The notes below the pieces were generated by a model, which saw only the letters and a list, made by a program, of their open reading frames with translations, made no database searches and had not been told where the DNA came from. A stretch of DNA of 64,000 bases from NCBI GenBank assembly GCA_965644295.1, contig CBFFRP010000399.1:124001-188000 (forward strand). Reading direction: 5' to 3'. This stretch comes from Paraphysomonas bandaiensis (lineage: Eukaryota > Protista > Chrysophyceae). Position numbers and translations under genes: made by a program. This document shows positions 13,190 through 27,280 of the stretch, piece by piece (the stretch's first letter is position 1; each line of letters starts with the position of its first letter).

Positions 13190-16026
13190 CTACTCCTTTG
13201 CATTCTGCCTTTCTTTCATTCTTTTCATTCTTTCTCTAGATTTCTTGTGCTGCATATCCGCTCTTTTTACTACATTTTCATTTTTCCTAAATACATTATA
13301 AATGATGGTAATTATATCTTTTACGCGTGAATGACCTTTTCTTTTCGTTCACTTCTTTTCTAATACGACATGTCAAACAAAGGGCTGGAAATCCATTTGC
13401 CTATAAGAGATAAATAAATTTCATATAAGACTGACAGCAATATGCACACTATTCTCCATACAAATTAGTGCCCACAATGCAGTCCATTGTAATAGTGTTA
13501 CCTCACAACAAGACTGTCTGTTAGCACAGTCAGAGTCAGCCAATACTGGCAAAGGTTCTGAAGGGTTCCGAAAGCACTCCATAGGTACAACACGTCTCTT
13601 TGCGATCTCAAGCAACACCATCTAGTGTACACCACACACCACATCAGAATCAAATAATCATATACCAAATATAGATAATATTAAACATGCTAAATGAAGA
13701 AGACGTAATACTAAAAATGATGAACAAGTTAATAGTGAACCTAGTTCAGTTGATAGGTCACCAAACTGTAATCACCTGCATATAGTCAAGAATTCCTTCA
13801 CGCGAAATGTACTCGTCGTGAAGCTTCTTAGCATTGGCTGCAATTTCTCGACACTTGTCGTCGTTAGCCCTACACCACTCTATAACCTCCGCTAAATCAC
13901 TCAAGTCGGATTTCACTGGGACATGGTCCACGTACGGCCGAAGCAAAGGAAAGTACCACATCTCATCTGCGACACACAGACTATCTACTTTCAGAATTAC
14001 ACTCCCGAGACACATCATAAACCCATAACGACAGGCTGCACAGTGACCTTCAATATAGAGAAGATATTTGAATGAGCTTTGCTCATAGATGGGAGTGAAA
14101 TTGGCCAGTCCAAAATCGAATGAATCTTTCTTTAAAAAGGTCATTTTATCTCCCGCGATTTTTTTGTCTCGCAAATTCCACTTTACAACTCCAGCATCAA
14201 GATATCCCTTGTATGGTGACCCCTCTTGTTCCCATAGATGACAGAGACGGGAAACATTCAGGCGCTGGTTCGTTTCACATGTTACACCTCCACCTGTCGC
14301 TGAGCCTCGAAAGAAGGCAACGTTGCGTTTATCTTCCCATGGTTTCTCAAACTTCTGTAAATTTGTTGCGGTAAAAAGGTCTCGAATTTTCGGGAAATCT
14401 TTCATCTGGTCAGTGGGCTTCCACGACATGGAAGGGGGGAAGATCTACATATCGCGCATAATCAGATCCCCCATAGTAAGCATAGAATATATGGTCATAA
14501 TATATATATCTTTTCACAGAAAATATATGCAGTGCTGTAGGTTTGCAAGATATCACGTATCCCATGCCAGCTTAAGTACCTGTCCGGTGGCGGCCTCCCA
14601 GTCCTCTGAAGGCGGGAATGGTACATCTGCAAACCGGTCGGACGAATAGAATGACCTATATGATATCAAAAAAACGCACCAGCGGACACCAAACAGCAGT
14701 ACCGCCATAATAACGATTTCATAAAAATTACACAATTCATAACCATTATTCATTGACAGTCAATAACTCAAAAGACGCGTCTTCATATACAATTACAGCA
14801 GTCGATATTACACACTCACAATATGGGGGCGTATGTTGCATACTCATGCTCTGCGAGAGGAACATCTTCATCCGGGTTACGATCATCTTTGTTAAATATA
14901 AACCCATATGGCTCAACTGGCACCTGCCGATCAGCGTTGAATTTCAATTGGGGATAGTCACGTTTATTGATAAAGAAATCGCAGTCCGGAATCTGCCTCA
15001 AATAGTCAAACCTAAAATAAGCAGCAAAATATATAGTATTCTAGTCTTCCTACAGTCGTGACAAAAAGGATAGTACAACTACGCTTAGCACATATGAAAG
15101 TTGACGATTTACCTCTCTATTGGCACATGTCTCTGCAATCATATCCTTCAGTTGTAACAAAAAGTGATCTCCCCAGTACTGCGTATGCTCCACCCCGGGT
15201 TGCGTGTGTTCACAACAGATAATATTTCCATTGGCCCACCATTGGGATTTGTCTATAACATTTTCCGGTCGGTAGTACCTACTCTTCGCAGAGAAATAGG
15301 CATTAACACTACCTCCCTCAACCTCTAATTTGTCTGCCCATGTATTGGTGTAGTCCTTGTTGACAAAAGGACAAAATACAACCACCTCATTTTGTCGTAT
15401 AGATACTAAGATTCCACATCGCATATGATGGAAAAGATAGTGCAAAGTATTGAGGGTGGAGTGGTCCGTCAGGAATCGATGCACCGGAAGTTGAAGGCGG
15501 GACAATACATACTGTCTCACGGGCTCCGAAGATACATCACTATATGAGTCAGACTTTCCATTGCTATCGGAATCTGTGGCAGGGACGAAGCGGTTGTCTA
15601 CGACATTGACATCTTCTATTCCTATTGGAGGCAGTCTACGACATGCAATATATCAACAAATTCGCAATAAAACATATCACATTATTTTAACATTCAATAC
15701 AAGATTGATGAAATACCTATTATATTCTCTTAGTTTAGGTAAGAGATACTTCTGTATCTGTTCCCAAGATACAAGTGTAGTTATACTATGAGTCAGGCCT
15801 GGATAATCAGGATTACTATTACTGCCTGAATATCTGTATATACACTTTTAGTCATACAAAAAAACATTATATATTATATAAATACATACTTCCTAATGAA
15901 TGATTTACATTCTTCCACACTATCAAATCTAGGCACGAGATTAGGGAAATCTTGTACTGCATCTTGCCACTCATCAGGGTCCTCAATTGCACGAAAAATA
16001 TTTCTGAAGCACCCTTGTGAACTCAT
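13190..16026 (-). CDS. Glycosyltransferase family 90 (CAP10 domain) protein; multi-exon
   Basis: IPDCDFFINKRDYP; FADVPFP; PWEDKRNVAFFRGSATG; FKYLLYIEGHCAACRYGFMM..GSVILKV; WYFPLLRPYVDHVPVKSDLSDLAEVIEWCRAND..IAANA. Confidence 0.88.
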
Positions 16027-16606
16027 CAGTTAAAGGGGTGTTAAAAGTATGCCACACTTCACTTAGTAGAGATTAATATTCATGCAGTAATGAGATTATC
16101 GTCGCTTACGTGATTCTTCATACTGTATACCTCTCTGCTTCACAAAGACACTAATATGCCCCCTATACTGAGTATAGTACTGTATAAAATCGTGAGTTTT
16201 TTTTAGAAATATCTCTACTTTTAGCTGAAAATATGTAGAATTGGGCTCCAAAAATCTAACCAGCACTTCTTCTTTGGTTTTTGAGAGGAAAACTCCAAAC
16301 CATTGAAATATGAGGGGGAGATTATATAAGACTTCTAGGTTTTTATATTAGAATATCTAGATATATAGGATTTTATATTCTTGTAATTTAACGTATTGTT
16401 TTCTACACAGTATCACTATATGACTATGTGTACATGTACTGCTGCAGTAGGAAGGTAGTAGTTACAAGTCCATGTCTGCTCTATTGATTTGAAATTCTCT
16501 GTATATACATGTAAGTATGGCATATACTAACAACCCACCACTTGATCACATCATAAGATAGTAACACACACATTTAATCATAAGAATATATAGAAGATAA
16601 TAAAAT

Positions 16607-19311
16607 ATGAGTAAATCAGGCTTTGGAGCCCCGAAGCCATTACCTGGTCAATCCGGCTATAAGTAATCAAACAATCCTCTATATATATATACTCATTCCT
16701 CATATATGTTATATATAGAGTATCAATATCTCAATCACTTGAAAGAGAAGCAAAAGAAATGGAAGATCGATTAAAGTATGAGTTTCATATATGTTTAGTA
16801 CTGTTATGTCATATGTATATATAGAATGCTACAAGATAAAATGCAACAACAAAGTGTTGAAGATACTACTAGTAAATCTCATAGCAGTGGTTCTCGTTGG
16901 AAGAGTGCTAGTGATAAAGCAAGTATACGTTCATATGCTAAGGATGTTCAAGAAAAACACAAGAAAAAGACAACTATGAGAGCCGACCCTGCTGCCAAGG
17001 CTACTGCTGCTGCGAGGCGTACTGCAAGACAACAGAGCTCATCTGGTGGCTTCAAATCTAAAGGTTCATGTTTCAGCGTAATGTTGAGTTATTTTCTAAA
17101 CTGACAGCTTTTAAGTAGTCGCATATACTTTGCTATTACATCAGTGCCATATATTGCAATATTCATGCGTCGTTGCGTCAGTACGTATGCCTAGATATTA
17201 TATACACATCTAAAGGCTAGAATTTAATATGTGCTGATATCTTGTTCATAAATAGATGTCGAAAAATGGACTGTATCGGACGTAGGCGACTGGTTGGAAT
17301 CGTGCATGCTCAGTGTGCATAAAGACGTTTTCGCATCCAACCAGATATCAGGACCTATATTACTGGATATATCATTAGATGATTTGGATTATATGGGGGT
17401 GACTATACTCGGACACAGAAAGGTAGAGTTGCGTATGCTGCAATTGAAATGCCACTACTGTTCTGCTGGAGCTGGCATTCTGTTGTTCATCCATTATGTG
17501 ATTATGTGAGACAAGTATGCTGTTTTTTTTTATGTGGCTCTTATGTATGCAATATATTTCCTTTGAGTATATATTCGTACACTTTGTTACGATAGTTGAG
17601 CCTGTTGTGTTGCATACAGGTCATTTTAAAAGGCATTGAGGATCTACGCCAAAATAAACGTGTCACGAAACAGCTCTTTGCACCTACTGATGACACTACC
17701 GTGGCCCGTTCTTCTCATTCATCTGAGGTAACAAAACAAATATAACATAGAATATAGCGAGAAACCCATGCGTATCAAGCGTTTGTAAACGACGTGGTTA
17801 TAGTGCTATTATTTGACGTTGTGACAAGTGTTGTGGGCACGCCCTGGATGCAGGTGGTATATAACGTGCTTTGATGCAGGGACGAAGTGCAATGAAAGCT
17901 CCTTCAGCGAGTACTTCTGCGTCCAACACTAGTCATAACAATGCATCCAGCAGTAAGCATGATGGAAAAGTGCATTGGTCTGCACTGGAGCCGCTGTCTT
18001 CGAATCCGGTAATATAGAGATTGGTGTATGTGTATTAGCTGTCGAGTGATTGTGGTTGAAAATGTTGCATAATTATCCAATTCTGATTCGATGTTCGTTT
18101 ATTTGTAATGTACATTTGCTACAGGTTTCAGGTGGAGGGGACTACGATATGGTGAATGGAGCAGACAGTCAAATGATGCTCGATGAAGAGGCAGAACGAA
18201 AGGCTTTTCAGGAAGCGGTAATGGAATGGCGAAGGGGAACCTCTACAACGGAAAAAGGGGGCAAATCAATGAGTATATCTGCCTACGGAGACGCTAATAC
18301 CGATCCGACGATGTGGTCTGATCCATTCGCCTCTGAATCCTCACAGAGAGTTCCTTCGTTGACAACGGATGCAACTGGTATGGAGGAAGGTAGAGGCGGT
18401 GGAGGTGTAATCGTCAGCGCCAGAAGTCAAGGAGGAGCTGGAGGGAAAGGTTCTCTAGCGGAGGGCACTCTAGATGAAGAGAAAGAGCAAGCCGTAAGTA
18501 TTCCCACCGCGTCAACGAATTGCTAGTATAGTGTTGTTGCATTCTATATGCGTCATATCCAGATATGTTATGCTTTTAAAGGATTCACCGTCTAGTGTAG
18601 CTTGCTATACCAATATCATTGCTCAATTTGTATGTGCTGCCATATAGGAGTTTAAGGCAGCTGTAGAGGCCTGGCGCACTGGCAAAACTACTTCTCATCT
18701 GAAATCTACTGCTGAACGACTTGCACAAGATATGGACAGAGACCACGAAACGTCGGCCCAAAAGCTATTAGAGAACCAAAATAACATGCGACTAAAAATG
18801 GAACAGGTGAACACTATAGTACCATAGTTTGTGACTTTCATAGTCTACAGTATCTTCAGTTATTTGCTTTGCTTGATTTTGTGGAACTTATCTGTGGACG
18901 CAGGCTTGCCGCGAGCTCGAAGAAGCAAAGAAACGCTTGGCCTCATCCGCAGGAGATATGACTATTGAGACAGCAGAGGACGACGTAGAGTTGGATGTTA
19001 ACACGACAGAGTATGTTAATTTCCCGGCCTCTCAATCTGAGGAAAAATTCCATGCCCTCCAGGGCCATAGACACAATTCGGGAAATCTCTCACCTTGTTC
19101 GTCGCTTAATGATAGCGATGGTGAAGACGAAGAACACGCGCAGAGTCATGTAGAGGTGTCCCTTATTGAGTCCACGCTACATGTTGGTGAAGTTGGGGCA
19201 GTGGACAGCGCTCCATATTCTGTTGATGAACCTTCTAGTGATGAAGAGGACAATAATGTGGATGAGATGAATGATGGAAATTCTTCTGGGGTACAAGTTG
19301 ATGAAATATAG
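16607..19311 (+). CDS. SAM-domain protein with ZBBX-like N-terminal and DEE..F..A..W-R motifs (9 exons)
   Basis: SAM: VEKWTVSDVGDWLESCMLSVHKDVFASNQISGPILLDISLDDLDYMGVTILGHRK|VILKGIEDL. Exons joined by canonical GT-AG introns. Confidence 0.82.
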
Positions 19312-20171
19312 TGTTGACTGAATTGTTTATTGAAAACTGCATTTACTGTAATCGCTAGATGCATTTTGTACTGTGGTGGGTGCTAATGCTACAAGAATTA
19401 ATAATATATGTTTTAAATGGTATTGGTTATTGGAAGTATTTGTACTAGATTACGTCATTTGTGTTGGGTTTTGCTGTTTGTGAGTAATTAGTTGATAATT
19501 AGATCTAAATATTAACTATGTGTTGCCCAGTTAAATGCTGTAGTATAGGTCAGTGACGAATACATGAGTTCAAGACTGATGACACTGGTATATGCAGCGA
19601 TAGGGAACAATATAGTGAAGTTTAATGAAGGAGATCTCCTGCTGGACCTAGTCCGTTTTGCGTAATTTTATAGTCACAAAAAATAGAGTTGAAAATCTAG
19701 TAATTAAATAATTCATATATTCAGTTTCAATGACGAGAAGCCTATGGCAAGACCGAACCTGGTCAATTGGGCTGACCAACAAGTATTTAGTGTTTGTAGT
19801 GTAGAATCTGAAAAGTAGTTATTTATAATGTAGAATGTTATTAAATATTAAAAGAATGTTCTGTTCCGAACTGTAAATTTAAGTCCGAAAGATACCTTCG
19901 GTAGTTGGTCTAATAGGGATAGATATAGCTTAATAATAATATCACGATATAATACAGCAAGTACAAGACGGCGATATGCTAATATTATTAATAACATGAA
20001 GACGAGGGCTTTCTTCTACCTAAGAATGATATCCACACGTACATCTTTTGGTACTAGTTTCCATTGTTTTCTACTTCACACACGACCGTTGGGACATCAA
20101 ACCCAATGAATAATGAACGCTTGGTTGTTTCAAAGTATGCAGGTCATAACAAGCATACTTCTCGTACACAA

Positions 20172-20979
20172 CTAATCGTCCTCATAGAGCCACCGCTGAC
20201 TGATCTTCTGGCGCTTCTTCTTTCGTTCTTCCTTGTATTTCCTCCAGTCTATGCCCTTCATCTCTTGTAGCTGCTTCTTCTTTAACTTCGCTTCCTCTCT
20301 ATTCCTTTCAAAATCATTCAGGTCGAAGAAGGCTGAATCAAAGAGTTAACAATAATTGAAAAGTATATTTCGAGACACTAGATATAGATATTTGGCGATC
20401 TTGACAACATCGACAACAAAAAGGTATAGCGGTGTACATATCTGAGTTATAAAGAGGTACCGTACCTGACATCTGTCTACCCGCCCTGTCATCTGGTCTA
20501 CCATTTTGTTCCCAGTAGGTCCCCTGTCCAGTTGACGAAAACGATCCAGTTTTCGCATTAAATGTAGCCGCGTATCCCGCAGAACTAGTGGTGGATGCAG
20601 CAGTTACAGAAGCAGCAGGTGCAACCGGAGCAACTGTGGGGGTCTCGATGAACCCTTCGGGGCGTTCCCACTGACTTTGTCCAGTCTTGTAGTTGTAGTA
20701 ATAAGGTACACCATAGGTGGGATCAAACTGTTTAATCCAATCAAAAGGAGATGATATATCAGCTGCTGATGATTCACTAGTATCTGATGGCTCATGTTTA
20801 CGTTTGGAATCAATAGCATCCAATAGACTCCCTAATTTATCAGTATCTGTTGATGCAACAGGTGGTTCAGTAGATAATTCAGGGGTTGCTGTGGTTAACC
20901 CATGAGCTTTGGGATTGGCAAGCATCTGCTTAGCCATATAGTTTTGATATGATGGATTTTGTGATGTTAAATCGTCCAT
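20172..20979 (-). CDS. WW domain-containing protein (2 exons)
   Basis: WIKQFDPTYGVPYYYNYKTGQSQWERP; RQMS|AFFDL followed by a basic tail ending WLYEDD*. Confidence 0.85.
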
Positions 20980-21287
20980 ATTTATATCCACACTAGTCTT
21001 CTATTATTATATATAAGGACACCAGTGGGTGTTGGTATGCTAGTCCACCAGTGGTTCTATCAGAATAGAACAGTTGAATTTTATAATTAGATGGGTATGA
21101 GATGTTAACGATTCGAAAGATTGTATAGTGGTGTTTGTTACGTGTAAAGTGGAGTGATTGTTGTGAAGGGCTGCTGTGTAGAGTTGTGTGGGTCTATATA
21201 CAGAGTACTCTACCGTAGGTGACTATATACATATGCGAAATACGATAGTAGTTCCTATACGATTCGTAGTCGAGTGGACTATGTACA

Positions 21288-21784
21288 GTATGTATGTATG
21301 TATGTATGTATGTATGTATGTATGTATGTATGTATGTATGTATGTATGTATGTATGTATGTATGTATGTATGTATGTATGTATGTATGTATGTATGTATG
21401 TATGTATGTATGTATGTATGTATGTAGGTATGTATGTATGTATGTATGTATGTACATGTATGTATGTATGTATGTATGTATGTATGTATGTATGTATGTA
21501 TGTATGTATGTATGTATGTATGTATGTATGTATGTATGTATGTATGTATGTATGTATGTATGTATGTATGTATGTATGTATGTATGTATGTATGTATGTA
21601 TGTATGTATGTATGTATGTATGTATGTATGTATGTATGTATGTATGTATGTATGTATGTATGTATGTATGTATGTATGTATGTATGTATGTATGTATGTA
21701 TGTATGTATGTATGTATGTATGTATGTATGTATGTATGTATGTATGTATGTATGTATGTATGTATGTATGTATGTATGTATGTA
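21288..21784. repeat. (TATG)n tetranucleotide microsatellite, ~0.5 kb
   Basis: Near-perfect tandem TATG with two variant units. Confidence 0.98.
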
Positions 21785-21901
21785 CTGTGTATGTATGTAC
21801 AGTATGTACGTATGCACTGTGAGGTCAGATTGTATCATTTGCGGCTGTCACATGACATCTTGCTTCTTAACATCTTTCCATTCAAAACAATGTAACAGAA
21901 T

Positions 21902-23862
21902 ATGTTCTCCCCATTAGATTTTGATAGTTGGATTGCTTACCTCTCATCTCTCAATGAGTCTCACTCCCTCTCTGATATCAACTCTGCCTATACCAACTTC
22001 TTATCTATATTTCCATTCAGCTCATCTCAATGGATCAAATATGCACAACTCGTATATAAAATAACAAAAGATGATCATGAATCACTACATATTTATCGTC
22101 GTGCTGTTGAACAGTCACCATATTCACCGGCATTATGGCACAACTACATTACATTACTTGCTTTTGACTTTTCTGATACACCACAACCGGTTGACGTGAT
22201 GTCTGTAATAACATCAGCTGGTACATATATGGCGGGTCATCCCGATTCCGATAAACTATGGGCACTTATTATACATGTTGTTTCCAGACGAAGTAATCTA
22301 CTGTTAGTGCTTCAGCACTATGCTTGGGCCCTTTCTCATCCATCTCCCTATCTGGAGTCTCTCTGGAATGGATTTGATCAACTTGAGCGCACTGTAGATA
22401 TAAGAGATGAATCCATATCTGCTTTGGGGTACGAAAAAACTGTAGAGTCAGATATTCCGAAGGTGTTATCGCTTTTAAAGACAGTGAAGGCTACTGTAGA
22501 GTCGTCACGAATCGAATGGAGAAAGCGAGCCTCCTTTGAAGCAAAGTTGAATCGCAGAGAATTTTTGGGTGTCCCTTTACCCAGTGAAGAGCTAGTGGCA
22601 TGGCACACATATATATCTGCTGAGCAGGGATGGTACCAAGTTATGCAGGAAGCAGATGTTGAAGGAAACGAGTCTTCTGCTCAGGAGGAAGGCGCAACTC
22701 AAGCAAAGCGTCGGGTTGTCATGCTGTTTGAGCGCTGCATATCAGTGTGTGCGGCTTATCCGGGTATGTGCGCGAGACATGCGCAGACTTGTGGAACAAA
22801 TCAACTTGTTTTAAATTTACTTTATGTCACATATTTGTATTTTGCTGCTTGCGCATATTTTAAGTAGTAATTACTTCCTGCAGAAATGTGGAAAAGGTAT
22901 GCCCTCTGGGCGCACAAGCACTGTACCCCTGCTGATGCGCTTCGAATCATCCATAGAGGGGTGTCTTCAGTACTACGTGAATGGTAAGTATATGTTGTAG
23001 TTTGTAGTATTGCTGTATTTCTGCAATAATTATCCACCTCTCTTGTCGATACGTTATGCCTTACAACGAATTACCCGCAGTGCTCCGGTACACCTATTCT
23101 ATGCAACACTTCTGGAATCTGCTGGTGCACTCTCGGAATCGCGGCAAGTCTACATCTCCTTGCTAAAGTCCAGTTTCGTTCAGACAACTTCCGCATCTAA
23201 GAAAGAGGGTGATGTGGAGATTGTTCTCCGGGCAGCAGATTTCGAGCGGCGTGTGGGCAATTGGGATAAGGCTGTAGATATTTACGACGAGGCCCTTGAA
23301 TCCTCCAGCTTCAATAGGGGAGCTCGAAATTCAATTGTTGTGAAGAAAGCGATGGCTCTAGCTCATCGAGTAGGGATATCGAACGGTATTCGGGTTGCAT
23401 TAAATAGGGGAAAGGAGAATGGCACTGTGTCCCCGGAGAGTATAGTAGCGTTCTCCACCGTCTTCAAGGCAGATTCAGATTTGATTCTTGTCAAATGTAT
23501 ATACGACATGCTCCTCCGTTTTGATTCAAGTGAAGATCGAGACAAAAAGGCAACTTCGATTGCATTATTTCTTATGTGTTGATTAATAGTTGTCCCAGGT
23601 ATGGGCATTACTTTCCAGTTCGCTGGTAGCATCAGTGTACGGACCTACTTCACAAGAAGATGGTGAGCTCATAGACCCCTCAGGGACTGATAGTAAAACA
23701 GTAGACAGGCGGACATGTGCGTCAAGCCCAGCAATAGTACAGCTCCTTAAGTGCTATTCGGAAAACCACTGCATTGATGCTGCATGGATAATAGAAGCAG
23801 AAAGTTTGGTAGATGTATGTAGTACTGCGATGAAGAGTATGATATGTGAATATGGAAGTTAG
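21902..23862 (+). CDS. PRP39: Pre-mRNA-processing factor 39-like HAT-repeat protein (U1 snRNP); multi-exon
   Basis: LDFDSWIAYL; YTNFLSIFP...WIKYA; YRRAV...SPALW; SDKLW; RASFEAKLNR; RVVMLFERCISVCAAYP|EMWKRYA. Confidence 0.8.
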
Positions 23863-24835
23863 CTCAGCAACAATACATGTTTATTGTGGAGTGTTTTTTT
23901 ATATAGTACTGATTCAAATAAATTATTCACACTGGATGCGTTAGATGTTGCTCGATTGATAAAGTTTCTCAATCGCCCCCACAGTTTATTTTAGTATACA
24001 CTTTCTTTGACTACATCAACAAGAAAATAAATCATTTTGATTGTTCGACAGCTGTGCCAGATTTGTGTGTACAGTATGACAACTCTTACTAGAGAATGAG
24101 AATAATATGTTGAGTTCTGCAATATGATGTGATATATATTGTGCTATTGAAGTGAGGTAATAGTGTGCAATAGGTGAAGTCAACTCATAGGTGTAATGGG
24201 TGATTATAGGTACTAAGGAATTAAATTCAGTTACTGATGTGTGACTATACAAGATATAGAACTGACTGATGAACATATGATAAACAGATGTTGCTGAGAA
24301 CAGATGGTTCATCAGATGTTACTCGAATATGTAGTGAAGTGTTCAGAATATAATTATAATTTTTTACTTAAAAGTGCATTGTGTTCAACATAGCAAGGTT
24401 AAGGTTTACGTGTAGAGCACAGTTAACTTCAGTGAAATGTCCAATTCTAACATAATAAATAACAATAACACGTGTCTCGTTTAACTTGCTCTGAAATGTG
24501 TATAATATTGCATTATGCACTCAACCCATAGTCCTAGTAGCAATGGATTAGTCTGTCTAACCAGAATATTATATTTTGTCTGTCTTGTAATGTTTTTCAA
24601 TGACTAGATATAATTCGCCAAGAAAAGTTATTGGGGACGATGAGTAGTAAATGTGTTGCAACATTAATAGCATTTTAAACCGATATAAACTATTATAATG
24701 AAATAATATATGTAGCTATAAAATAGTATAAAAAAATAAAATACCTACATCACAGAACAAATCCGCATTTAAAAAAACATGGTCACGAGCTATACAAATC
24801 AAACAACTCAGAATTTGGATAAGTGAAACTATAGT

Positions 24836-25776
24836 CTAACCCAAATCTCCTTTGACAACATGCTCCAATTGATTATCTGGTAAATGCATGTCGTATCCAT
24901 CTGCTACAAGAACAGTGTGGCTCAGCGCGATATCACTGTATTGCTCTTCAGTCAAATTTAAAATTTCATCCACTGTTTTATTCGGAAGTAGCTTCATGCG
25001 CCGACGTGATATGTCCTCCCAATAGATTTCATTCCATAAACTTTGCCGCAGTGTACGTTGGAAATCATATAAAGGCTTGAGAATAACATGGTTCTGATTC
25101 TGCTGGTGGTTGTGATGACCGTGCGAAGTATCCATATAATTCATAAACTGACGCAAAGTGATATCCCCATGTTCATCTGTAGGTAGTGCTTCAATAGCCT
25201 CCTTGACGACGAGATAATCATGTTCAATGCCATAGACACACTCAGCAATTCTCTTAATAACTGAAAGGTGAAGTTTACATTGATTGTGCTTATCGTACTT
25301 TCGAAAGGCGAAGTGAGCTATATTGTCGGATAGAAAGTCCCATATATACACCACGAAATCCTCAAAATTCAATCTATCTTTGGGGAATATTAAGCGTGCA
25401 AACGGACCTTCTTCAAATCTACCAATATAGTACAAATTCCATTAAAGGTATATCATAATCATGATCAGTAATATGTACCTGTTAAAATGATGAAAGAGCT
25501 CTTCAACAGTAATATACCCATCATGATCTTCATCAATAAGACAAAACATATCGTATAAGTGTTTTACAGCTGGGTTAGTCAGACCCTATCCATGAATAAA
25601 CTATAAGAGTAATAATACAAAACAAATATAACATACCAGACGTTCAAACACTATGAGTGTTTCAGGACCTTGTCCCTCTACCTGATAAATAAACGTCATC
25701 TCAATGGAATAATACTCTTGAAAGATTTCTCACTTACTGTGAAATCTAATTCAATTCCTTGCTGTTTATTTCCCAT
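24836..25776 (-). CDS. EF-hand calcium-binding protein with putative N-myristoylation (calcineurin-B-like); multi-exon
   Basis: Starts MGNKQQG; EF-hand IDEDHDGYITVEEL; LNFEDFV; FAFRKYD; DEHGDITLRQF. Confidence 0.75.
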
Positions 25777-27280
25777 TACTATGATGTGTTCCAATAAGAG
25801 ATCGTATGATTACTAAGAATTCTCTTTGTATGTAGTGATAATACATAAACAGTCAACACTAACTATCAAATGATTGTATTAGTGTACTGGAGTAGTAAGT
25901 ATTATATCAACAGGTCACTTCCACTCTATTTATGCATGTATATCATATATAATTATGCATATATATGATTCCATACATGAACCTTCTATATAAAGAACTT
26001 CAATATGAACCTTCTCAATCATGTCATCAACTTGAATTTCAAGTTCGAAAGATAGTGTTGTTTTTAACAAGGACATACAGCTGTAGATTGAAACCTGTGG
26101 TTTTTATATCATGTTGGTATTTTTTACTCTGTAGTGTTAGAAACCAGTGTTTTTTTACCACACAATATGAGAATACAGTGTATACGACAGTTAGAGATAT
26201 GCATCCAAGTTGACACACACATCCAGAGCAGATATCTTTCTTGCTTCAATCTAACGAGGCAAACGATTGAGGTGCAGACGAATGCAGAGTGACGTGGAGT
26301 AGTTTGTAATATCACTTAAGAATTTTGTAACCATTACAACTTTAGTTCATGAAATTAAGAGCCTAAATGTAATCGAACTCGTCAATAGAACTTGTAGCTC
26401 TATGTATATATGGAGCATTCTTTCATATAGAAGGCTGCGATTTAAATTTATTGAATACATGAGCGATTATTATTTAACATACCTTTTTTATGGTCTAGAT
26501 AAAAGTGGTCGAAAATATATCCAAAGAAAAGTAGCTTACTATATGCCATACCACGCCTTCATTCGTTGATTGAGCGGTATGTCAACAGCACTAGTAAACT
26601 ATATTTGATTAAGGAACAAACTTACTTAGAAGCCAGTACATGATATATATTAAGTATCGTTGTTTATCTGCTGTGAATAGTACTAGTTTAGCATTCACTG
26701 AGGATGAGTGGTTTAACATGTAAGGAGACATTACTGCAGTCAGTAACAGCAGCATATTATATTTATTCTAGCAAATGGTAACAGTATAGGGTATTTGTGT
26801 AACCATGATAACACCGAATATTAAAGTAAAATTAATTGTAAGTATCTAATGGCTTTTAATTTGTTTGATGAGAATAATTTATAGTCCATAGTCAATTGTT
26901 CATTGTAGGGTGATTTTACGACCTCGTCAACAGAACTAAGAGCTGATTTCAAGAAGTAAATGCAATAAACACTTCCAATCATAATTCATAATATTAATCT
27001 ATGGTGACTTATTAAATATCTCTTTATTTTGAGAGCTACCGCTCACCCTCTTTCCATTGCTATTCTCAAAAACTTTCCTATATAAAATTATCAAATGGCA
27101 AAGACGTATCCTTATACGATGAATTTAACGAAGCAAGAACGTTATATTTATATGTGCAGAGTTATTCCGATATTCTGCAAGCTATGAAGGTTTTGGAAAT
27201 GCAGCAAAACCCATATTCCTAGTCAAATATATATTCTTTACATACTTCTTCCAAAAACTACTCAATCCTTACATATCAAT

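Noticed and set aside
21188-21917. ORFs translating as MYVC/YIHT repeats (also 32253-32675 and 48393-49104)
   Set aside because: Artefacts of stop-free (TATG)n microsatellites, not genes.
25965-26292. Possible small plus-strand partner gene divergent from the EF-hand gene
   Set aside because: Joining the frames needs an implausibly short (~22 nt) intron and there is no recognisable motif; unresolved without RNA data.
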